NCBI RefSeq assembly: GCF_964355755.1
Contig: NC_092680.1
Span: forward strand, 4,340,001 to 4,404,000
Direction: 5' to 3'
From: Antedon mediterranea
Lineage: Eukaryota; Animalia; Echinodermata
DNA: 64,000 nucleotides
Positions 40,901 through 48,919 of the stretch are shown here, piece after piece (within the stretch, counting starts at the first letter, position 1; every line of letters starts with the position of its first letter). Under the pieces are notes generated by a model. It saw only the letters and a program-made list of their open reading frames with translations, was not told the DNA's origin and ran no database searches. The translations under genes were made by a program, and so were the position numbers.

Positions 40901-41023
40901 AAATAAAAATTATTTTACTTAGCCAAAATCTGGCGTGGTAATCTGTTGACAGCGTGAGGTGAAGAGGATGAGATGCTCACGCTGTCAAAAGATGATTGCG
41001 AGGGCGCCCCGCAATCACGTGAT
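40901..41023 (-). repeat. split direct repeat A2
   Basis: 123 bp, identical by eye to 47640-47762. Confidence 0.95.
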
Positions 41024-41170
41024 TTTGACACATGTGAGCCCGATAAACAAAAACCAAGGAAACGAGTATTGGTTGAAAAGTTATTTAATATGAATGGCAA
41101 GTCATCGTTGCAACATGCACGTAAAAGGAGAACATAAAAAAGGAACATTGGGATGCTCTGAAAGGGCCAA
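41022..41170 (-). repeat. split direct repeat B1 (abuts A2, sharing AT)
   Basis: 149 bp, identical by eye to 40695-40843. Confidence 0.95.
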
Positions 41171-41269
41171 CACAGTTGGCAACGAAGGGGCCAACGAAGC
41201 AGCCCAAATTAAGTGCAGGTAGAATCGATGACGAGCCATTCAGATCAAACCGAAACAATGAAGCATGAT

Positions 41270-42024
41270 GGTGCAACATATGTTGACACCCAGAACGTAT
41301 AGAAACTATCTACATAGTCTACCTGGAGCAACATGTGTTGACTCCAGTACATGTTTAAACATTTTGATTAGGTAGGCAGTGCAACCAAATGTTGACACCG
41401 AAAAACGTATAGAAACAATCAACATCAGTCTGCCTGGGGCAACATGTGTTGACTCCAGTACGCGTTTGAATTGAGTTTAATAAACGGTGCAACCACGTTG
41501 ACACCAAAAAGATATAAATAACTTATGAGTCTACCTGGAGCAACATGCGTTGACTCTAGTCGTGTTTAAACATTTAATTAGGTAGGCAGTGCAACCAAAT
41601 GTTGGCACCGAAAAACGTATAGAAACAATCAACATCAGTCTGCCTGGGGCAACATGTGTTGACTCCAGTACGCGTTTGAATTGAGTTTAATAAACGGTGC
41701 AACCACGTTGACACCAAAAAGATATAAATAACTTATGAGTCTACCTGGAGCAACATGCGTTGACTCCAGTCGTGTTTAAACATTTTAATTAGGTAGGCAG
41801 TGCAACCAAATGTTGGCACCGAAAAACGTATAGAAACAATCAACATCAGTCTGCCTGGGGCAACATGTGTTGACTCCAGTACGCGTTTGAATTGAGTTTA
41901 ATAAACGGTGCAACCACGTTGACACCAAAAAGATATAAATAACTTATGAGTCTACCTGGAGCAACGTGTTGACTCCGATTGAACATATGATTGTAATTTG
42001 GCGGTGCAACCTATGCTGACACCG
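41270..42024 (-). repeat. 3' UTR array of 15 bulged stem-loops (higher-order ~210-bp period)
   Basis: Alternating GGTG-CAAC-loop-GTTG-A-CACC and CTGGAG-CAAC-loop-GTTG-A-CTCCAG hairpins about every 50-55 nt. Confidence 0.9.
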
Positions 42025-42147
42025 AAAGAAAACACAAATGAAATAAGTAAAACAATAAACTGAAAAAATAAGTATCAACTTCGTTTAAGCTTGATGCTTA
42101 ATACCCAGTCATGCTTAGGAAATATGCCAACCAGCCAGCACCCATGT

Positions 42148-43038
42148 TTACAACGCTGTATTTGACAAAGTTATGTGGTTCGGTCTGATGTACCGCTTGA
42201 AAGCACTACTCGACCATCGTCCAAAAATCATAATGTCTTGGTGAGAGTGTCCCAGTTGGTGAAGGTCAGTAGCTCGACCGATTCTGAAAGAATGAGTGTT
42301 AAACTGTGTATGTTCCAGACTAGCACGCCGAGCTAATTGTTTTAGCGACGAGGAAAACATTTTTCTATTCACCGGTGTTCCATTTTCAAGCAGGAAGAAC
42401 GGGCCTGCCTTCAGTGGTCGCATCTTGACGTAGCGTTGCAAAGCTCTCACTGGGCATATGGGACTTCCAGATTTTTGGTGCAAGACGAAAGGAGGTGACG
42501 AACGCTTAGAGTGTTTGAAAGATTTGAAGTTTATTTGCACTTTAGTGGCATGTACTGTGATATCGGTTAGCATTAGTGTGTGTTCTGCGGCCTTGGAGAC
42601 TACTGCTTCACTGGCTCTGAGGCATGCGAAGTAACATATTATGAACAAGGCTCTGTAGAGAATAAATTCGTATTTGGATTTCATGCTACCTCGCATATGT
42701 CCAATTAGCGTTACAAGAATGTCGGAGGTGACCGGCAGTCTGATCGGTTTGGATGGAGAGTTCGTTTTTTGTTTTGTTACTCCTCTGCATAAAATGCTGA
42801 CTGCTGGATTTGTGGTGGGGTCTTCCATAAATGATGCCCTGTGCACGAATGACACTGCGCTAAGGTAGTTTCGAATCGTGGAAATCGCCAGTGCATTTTT
42901 AGTCAGCTTACTTACATAGAGAACAATTGTCTGTGGAGTCGCTGGTAGCGGAAGGCTTAGTGATTTCCTGAATTGGTTAAAATGGTGCCATTTGCTTTTA
43001 TAGTTACTAGCGGTTCCTTTGCTTAATGAGTTCCACAT
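42148..43038 (-). CDS. tyrosine recombinase (YR) of the retrotransposon
   Basis: 296 aa; N-terminal helical binding domain (SLSKGTASNY...W..F), catalytic R (CLRASE), K (FKHSK), HSFRIGRAT, GRW, Y (FKRYIR). Confidence 0.95.
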   Translation of the reverse strand: MWNSLSKGTASNYKSKWHHFNQFRKSLSLPLPATPQTIVLYVSKLTKNALAISTIRNYLSAVSFVHRASFMEDPTTNPAVSILCRGVTKQKTNSPSKPIRLPVTSDILVTLIGHMRGSMKSKYEFILYRALFIICYFACLRASEAVVSKAAEHTLMLTDITVHATKVQINFKSFKHSKRSSPPFVLHQKSGSPICPVRALQRYVKMRPLKAGPFFLLENGTPVNRKMFSSSLKQLARRASLEHTQFNTHSFRIGRATDLHQLGHSHQDIMIFGRWSSSAFKRYIRPNHITLSNTAL

Positions 43039-45023
43039 TAGCTCTCGTGTGAGGGTCTTGAGTTGTTTAGTGGTTCGAAGTTGATTGGTTGTAAGTACTT
43101 TGGTATCTTTAGCGGTGTGCGGTTCATACTGTGCTCCTTTAGCATGGCCTCCGTTTCCTGAAAACGAGAAAGAGCGTCACATATCTTGTTTTGCTTACCA
43201 GGGATGTGCCTAGCTGTAAACTGAATGTTGTTTAGTAGTAACAAAAGGACGATAGCGCGAACCACTATCATGACCTTTTCGTTTGATGACGATTTCTTGT
43301 TAAGCACATATACATCAGCTAGGTTATCACAGTGGAAAACTACATGGGTGTTGGCTAGCTGTTTTGCAAAAATCGAAAGCATGACATAGATTGGGTAAAT
43401 TTCGAGAACCATGATGTCGAATATTTTCCAAGATTCCGGCCAGCGGCCTTGAATCCAGAACTTTTGGAAGGTCGCACCAAATGCGGTTTTTGAGGCATCA
43501 GAGTAGAAATGTAAACGCTGCGAGTCAAATTTTTGAGGGGGTGAAAAAATGGTAACGCCATTGTGTTTGCTAAGAAAGTCGGCCCAGATTTGGAGATCCT
43601 CCTTTGCAGAGTCAGAAAGGTGAATATTTGAAAATGGGTTAGTTAGACCGGCCGTCAGGGCATATAGCCTTCTTAGGAACGCCCGTCCAGATGGTATAAC
43701 GCAGGTGGCAAATTGTAGCTTTCCAATTAGAGATTGGAGGGCTCTCAAAGTAGTTGACTGAAGTGTGAGGAAGTTTTGAACTTCAACGGAGTAGCGTAAT
43801 AATTTTTCAGGTGGGAGCCTGGCTTCCATTTTTTGTGAATCAAGTTCAATACCAAGAAAAGAAATTGTGGTGGTGGGCGAAATTGTTTTGTGCGGTGCTA
43901 GAGGTATGCCTACGCGGTCAGCAAGCGCCTTGAATGTCTTCAAAGATTTCGCACACAGTTGTTGTGTGTCTTCAATAAAGAGGAAGTCATCTAACATTTT
44001 CACGTTATTGGGCCGTTGTAACTTTTTTGTAAGGATATATTTCACTCCGTCCGAAAACTTATTGAATATTTGACACGAAGATCCGCCGCCCTGGGGAAGC
44101 ATTTTATCGTAGTAAAACTGGCCTAACCACGTGAAACCCGTGAGGTGGTATTGAGTGGGGTGTAAAGGTATTAGTCTGTATGCGTCACTGATGTCCGTCT
44201 TAGCCATGAATGCCGGGTAATTGCGTTTGTTTATTATGTCAATTGCGTTGGCAATTGTTTCGTAATTAACTGTTTTAGAAATCTCAGGGATGTTGTAATT
44301 GACAGAGTTTGTGTCGTAGGGATAAGATAGGTTGTGGAGGATACGAAATTTTCCGGGTACGGATTTTTCTCTAAGGTTAAGGGGTGATGCTTTAAAATGG
44401 TCAAATGGTGGGTGGGTAAATGGTCCAGCTATGCGTCCCAGAGATATCTCTTTTGTCAGTTTTTTGGAGAAGGTGTCGGGGTTGTTGATGATAGCTGGGG
44501 AGTTATTTGCTGTAAAAGCAGCCTCAGGTCCGTTAAATTCAAGGTAGAAACCATGAGTGAAACCTTGGGTTAAGTAAGCGTGGTGTTTGAAACCAGATAG
44601 GAGTGCACTTAATCTAGAAGGAATTATCGGAGAGAGCAGAACATCGCTATTTTTTTGCTTGTGGGGGCCCTGATGATTGGCGAGTTTGGAGTGGTGGATG
44701 GGGCTCAGAGAGTGGGCGGTTTGCGCCGCGAATAGGTTGTTGAAAGCTGTTTTGTTGGTTTTGTTGGTAAGTTTGCTGACCGTATGCCTGTCGGTTGGTG
44801 AAGTTGTTTTGGTGCGATGGTGTTCGGTTACATCTGTGGATTGGATGGGGTCCCGAGCACTGAAAACAGGAGTGGCGATATTGACAGTTTGTCTGGGCAC
44901 ATCTAGTGAATCGGTTATGATAGGAGATACAGAAGCCGAGTGGGATACGAAAATTGTTCCGAAACCGAGTGGACGCTCTACGGCTGGATGGGTTAGAGGT
45001 TTGTGGTGTGCTCGTTGCGTCAA
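43038..45023 (-). CDS. reverse transcriptase / RNase H of the retrotransposon
   Basis: 661-codon frame; KFRILHNLSYP..SVN, KTDISDAYRLIP, LPQG, MLDD, FLGIELD; RNase H YSDAS...LEIYP...HCDN...HIPGKQNKICDALSR. No ATG until deep inside, so the true start is uncertain. Confidence 0.93.
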   Translation of the reverse strand: MTQRAHHKPLTHPAVERPLGFGTIFVSHSASVSPIITDSLDVPRQTVNIATPVFSARDPIQSTDVTEHHRTKTTSPTDRHTVSKLTNKTNKTAFNNLFAAQTAHSLSPIHHSKLANHQGPHKQKNSDVLLSPIIPSRLSALLSGFKHHAYLTQGFTHGFYLEFNGPEAAFTANNSPAIINNPDTFSKKLTKEISLGRIAGPFTHPPFDHFKASPLNLREKSVPGKFRILHNLSYPYDTNSVNYNIPEISKTVNYETIANAIDIINKRNYPAFMAKTDISDAYRLIPLHPTQYHLTGFTWLGQFYYDKMLPQGGGSSCQIFNKFSDGVKYILTKKLQRPNNVKMLDDFLFIEDTQQLCAKSLKTFKALADRVGIPLAPHKTISPTTTISFLGIELDSQKMEARLPPEKLLRYSVEVQNFLTLQSTTLRALQSLIGKLQFATCVIPSGRAFLRRLYALTAGLTNPFSNIHLSDSAKEDLQIWADFLSKHNGVTIFSPPQKFDSQRLHFYSDASKTAFGATFQKFWIQGRWPESWKIFDIMVLEIYPIYVMLSIFAKQLANTHVVFHCDNLADVYVLNKKSSSNEKVMIVVRAIVLLLLLNNIQFTARHIPGKQNKICDALSRFQETEAMLKEHSMNRTPLKIPKYLQPINFEPLNNSRPSHES

Positions 45024-45792
45024 GTTTATGAAGGAGGTCGGCTCGAACCGACGACCAGGAGCAAAGTGTGTACTCCCTAGCCATTCGAAATTGTCGGTCG
45101 TAAAAGTACCATGAATTTGGATGAGTGCGCATGAGGTCTTTAATATACTTAAAATAAGTAAAGATGTCCTGCGTGTGTTGCGGGTGTTTACTCAAATAAA
45201 TTGTCGCGAAGTCGCAAAAGGCCTGATGCCAGTTGTGTTCGTTTAAGATGCGGCGTTTGGGCTTAGGCACAAGTTCGAATGTACCAGTGTACGTTAGCGT
45301 GAATGTTTCCGCTGCGCTGTTTGAGTCGAGCAGGTCGTGCAGCTCGATGAATTTGTGGGAGATTATTTTCTCCTTAAGTTTTTCTGAGACAATTGCCCCG
45401 GCCTTAATCCCCCCGGAAAACTCCAAGGGATTTGAGATTGCGCTGCCTTCGGCTAATTTAAAAGGACTATTTAGCTTGTCTTGGTCCTCAAACGCAAACA
45501 TTGACGAGGTAGATGGACTGTGGGCTTCGGCATTGTTGGCTGGCGGGATGGTGTCTCCGTGTAAAGGATTTGGCTGGGGGGTTTCAGAAAGAGGGTTGCC
45601 GGGAGGTTCGTCCTGATTGTTCGGCTTACCGGCCCTAATCTCAGCCACGGAAGTTACAAGGGTTTCGACAATATGCCTCATGTCCTTTAGTTCTTTATTT
45701 ATGTCAAGTTCAGGTACCGGCACAGGTGTAGTTTTTTTCTTTTTTGGTGCCGTCTTTTTTGGCCTCTGGCTAGTTCTTTTCCGTCCTGACAT
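44647..45792 (-). CDS. Gag-like ORF
   Basis: 381 aa; basic N-terminus, central helical region (W.QAF..F..IY...HP, W.FYDRQFR), Cys/His cluster CISYH..C....C.YRH.C..C.G.H....C typical of DIRS/Ngaro Gag. Confidence 0.88.
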   Translation of the reverse strand: MSGRKRTSQRPKKTAPKKKKTTPVPVPELDINKELKDMRHIVETLVTSVAEIRAGKPNNQDEPPGNPLSETPQPNPLHGDTIPPANNAEAHSPSTSSMFAFEDQDKLNSPFKLAEGSAISNPLEFSGGIKAGAIVSEKLKEKIISHKFIELHDLLDSNSAAETFTLTYTGTFELVPKPKRRILNEHNWHQAFCDFATIYLSKHPQHTQDIFTYFKYIKDLMRTHPNSWYFYDRQFRMAREYTLCSWSSVRADLLHKLDATSTPQTSNPSSRRASTRFRNNFRIPLGFCISYHNRFTRCAQTNCQYRHSCFQCSGPHPIHRCNRTPSHQNNFTNRQAYGQQTYQQNQQNSFQQPIRGANRPLSEPHPPLQTRQSSGPPQAKK

Positions 45793-45912
45793 AGTGTATC
45801 TGTAAGAAAATCTTTGTGCAATGAAGATGGAAAGAAAAGTGTGTGGACGGATATCATCAAATTTCAGGGGGCGGTGGGTTAGAGAAAGAACCAGCGCGAT
45901 TCATTTAATGAA

Positions 45913-46657
45913 ATGCTGTACTTAAGAGCATGAGTGATAAAACGCTGCCGTATGTGGGGGTAGGTAATGAACCAGCATAAGAAATTATGTGGTAGTAATA
46001 GGGGAACCAGCATGAGTCATATAATGAATGCTGTACTTAAGAGCGTGAGTGATAAAACGCCGCCGTATGTGGGGGTAGGTAATGAACCAGCATAAGAAAT
46101 TATGTGGTGGTAGTAGGGGGACCAGCATGAGTCATATAATGAATGCTGTACTTGTGATAAGACACCGCCGTATGAGGGGGTGGGTAATGAACCAGCATAA
46201 GAAATTATGTGGTGGTAGTAGGGGAACCAGCATGAGTCATATAATGAATGCTGTACTTAAGAGCATGAGTGATAAAACACCGCCGTATGTGGGGGTAGGT
46301 AATGAACCAGCATAAGAAATTATGTGGTGGTAGTAGGGGGAACCAGCATGAGTCATATAATGAATGCTGTACTTGTGATAAAACACCGCCGTATGTGGGG
46401 GTAGGTAACGAACCAGCATAAGAAATTATGTGGTGGTAGTAGGGGGACCAGCATGAGTCATATAATGAATGCTGTACTTAAGAGCATGAGGGATAAAACA
46501 CCGCCGAATGTGGGGGTGGGTAATGAACCAGCATAAGAAATTATGTGGTGGTAGTAGGGTTAATGAACTAGCATAAGTAATTATGTGGTGGTAGTAGGGA
46601 AACCAGTATGAGTCATATAATGAATGCTGTACTTAGGAGCATGAGTGGTAAAACACC
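45913..46657 (-). repeat. tandem array of about 6.3 units of ~105-116 bp between SGNH and gag
   Basis: Units begin ATGCTGTACTT at 45913, 46028, 46143, 46248, 46364, 46469, 46624. Confidence 0.92.
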
Positions 46658-46877
46658 GGAATTTTCTTGAATGTAATTATAAAGGTTAAATAGTTTCGAT
46701 TAGCATGAATGGTGTCAACAATGTATTGCCTGGCAGCTTATACTAACCTTGATGAGAGGATTTTGTTTTGTTTTTTCGTTTTAATTATGTATTTATTTAT
46801 TTTTCTCCAAAATCCGGTTCCGGTTTGTCCACAGTGACTGCAGTAGGGAAAATAACAGATAATAATATTGTTGTTAT

Positions 46878-47507
46878 TTAGTGGCATGAGTTAGCATAAG
46901 AGGCTCCGTGCATTAAAGCAGACCTTAGGGACGCCTTATATCTTTTTCGTCCATTTGTGGAGTTGGGATGGAGACCATCATTTGACCACAGAGAAATGGG
47001 GTTTGCCCAGAAGCCGGGATGGGTATGGTAGTGAAGGCCATGAGTTTTGCGGCAGAACTCGCGTAGGAAACCGTTGAAATCGTGAATGCGCTCGTTAAAC
47101 AAAGGAGGGGGGAGGTGGCCAGTGTGAGATAATCGGAACGTCTGTGAGCAGAGAGAAGTCCGAATTGGTGTCCAGATGGGAAAAATATAAGTCAAAAGAA
47201 TTTCGAAGAGATAGTTTGCCGCCGACCAAGCATCCGAATCAACGAGGTCATTCGATCCGAGGTCGATGATCAAGATATCTGGCTTGAATGTTGCCAATCG
47301 ATTTACAAAATTAGTTAGGTCGTTAATCTTTAGACCGGGTACCCCCCAAAGAACAGTATTATCGTAGTGATGGCTGATTCGGAAGTCAGACAAAGGTCGG
47401 TGTGGACCAAGTATGGAGCCGGAAGAATTACCCAAGCCGTGATGGAAAGCGAGGCTGTCGCTCAAACCGGAAACGAATGAGTGGCCTAGGACACAACCAG
47501 ACAACAT
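46878..47507 (-). CDS. SGNH/GDSL hydrolase carried by the retrotransposon
   Basis: 209 aa with all four blocks: LGHSF (Ser), GVPG, LGSND, DGLHP (Asp-x-x-His); lies inside the A1 boundary. Confidence 0.9.
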   Translation of the reverse strand: MLSGCVLGHSFVSGLSDSLAFHHGLGNSSGSILGPHRPLSDFRISHHYDNTVLWGVPGLKINDLTNFVNRLATFKPDILIIDLGSNDLVDSDAWSAANYLFEILLTYIFPIWTPIRTSLCSQTFRLSHTGHLPPPLFNERIHDFNGFLREFCRKTHGLHYHTHPGFWANPISLWSNDGLHPNSTNGRKRYKASLRSALMHGASYANSCH

Positions 47508-47639
47508 AATTACAAAAAGTACGAAAATTCGGAAAAAAGGGGGTAAGATAAGGTGTGAGATAAATTTCAGTCAAAGTATGTTGTGTGTTGGCACAAATCC
47601 TACCAGTGTAGGAGGATAAAAGGGACTGGTAAAATGTAA

Positions 47640-47762
47640 AAATAAAAATTATTTTACTTAGCCAAAATCTGGCGTGGTAATCTGTTGACAGCGTGAGGTG
47701 AAGAGGATGAGATGCTCACGCTGTCAAAAGATGATTGCGAGGGCGCCCCGCAATCACGTGAT
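47640..47762 (-). repeat. split direct repeat A1 (5' terminus)
   Basis: 123 bp matching A2; contains two hairpins and the terminal palindrome ATCACGTGAT. Confidence 0.95.
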
Positions 47763-48722
47763 ATTACGGTATACTCGACTTTCTGAACCACATGAATAGG
47801 AGCGACTGTATATTATGAAACATTTCTTTATATAATAGATGTCATTATTGGTGAACATGCAACATACAGGTGTATTGTTAGTGTCACATGATCAATCAAA
47901 TTACGGGATGTCATTATGATAATTTACTAACAATGTAGGACGGCTAGACATTCCGTCGTTATTTATGGTTGAACGAGAGAATGTCTATGTCGTTTTAGAA
48001 ATTATAACTAAGATATGACATGAAAGAAACGTAGCTGTCGATATGAATGGAGTCCCCATCGTCTGATTAAAGACCAATAATTTACACAGACAAGCGGTAA
48101 CGGTAAGAACAATGTAGAATCTATGTTATTCCTTATGACCATTTACACACAACGCGAAGCGAACGGGTTATTTCTGCTCAGGATAGATACAGATTCGACG
48201 TGAAAAAATCTACGCGGTTTCCCGTTTACCGTTACCGTTTTAAACGCAGCGACAAACGCGTTTTGTTGTTTCCATGTATGCCCAACACTTTCGTGTTATC
48301 GTGCAGAAAGTAAACGAAATCTTCCGTTGATTAAAATAACATTAACACACATTTTCATTGTCTTTGTGGGATTATATGTATCGTTTGACACAAATACGAT
48401 TATTCACCTGTTTTGAAGAACCGAATTCGGAACTATTCAATATTTAATAATTATTATTCATTTATTGCTTTTAAAGGTTAAACCAACTATTTTGATTTGA
48501 TTTGATTTGAATTTATTAGAAAAGTCATCATGCAAAATACATACAAAGTGATTACATATTAATTACTGACATTACAACTAATTTGTGCGCTTGCGACTCT
48601 ACAACAAGTTCGCAATTTACTTGTGAATTTTTACGAGTTCTATAATCGAACTATTTGCTAAAAAGAAACTGGGGACGAGTCACAACCCTTACCCACACGC
48701 ACTCATACCGATTTATCTTTAC

Positions 48723-48919
48723 GGCTCTGTCTACACTATCAACTAATTTGACCAAAAAAAAGTGTGATGTGCCCAAATATGGCACTGATACAGTATAACA
48801 ACATTGTGCCCATATATGGACACAATGTTGTTATACTGTATCAGTGCCATATATGGGCACATCACACCTTTTTTTTGTTTTTTTTTGTGACATAGAGTTG
48901 GATAGTGTAGACAAGGCTT
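48723..48919. mobile_element. MITE family 1 copy with fully palindromic interior
   Basis: Family-1 TIRs plus a 106-nt near-perfect palindrome at 48762-48867. Confidence 0.8.

Larger units (their letters stand above)
40695..47762 (-). mobile_element. full-length Ngaro-type tyrosine-recombinase (DIRS-order) retrotransposon, 7068 bp
   Basis: Split direct repeats A1(47640-47762)...B1(41022-41170)A2(40901-41023)...B2(40695-40843); ORFs SGNH, gag, RT/RH, YR on the minus strand; no methyltransferase domain; no TSD; higher GC than flanks. Confidence 0.95.

Noticed and set aside
40666-41279. Duplicated short ORFs MFLFYVLLLRACC...
   Set aside because: Translations of the B1/B2 terminal repeats
41270-42024. 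CRISPR array (palindromic repeats with spacers)
   Set aside because: Linkers are themselves repeated with ~210-bp periodicity, repeats alternate between two types, there are no cas genes and the context is a eukaryotic retroelement
42148-43038. Phage integrase / bacterial contamination or HGT
   Set aside because: YR is coupled to DIRS-type RT/RNase H and Gag within split direct repeats, flanked by intron-containing animal genes
42674-45805. Plus-strand ORFs inside the retrotransposon (e.g. 44677-45114, 45233-45616)
   Set aside because: Antisense shadows of gag/RT/YR with no domain features
45913-46760. Hammerhead ribozyme array as in Penelope/retrozyme repeats
   Set aside because: No CUGANGA...GAAA core with flanking stems found on either strand by eye; an Infernal/Rfam scan would be decisive
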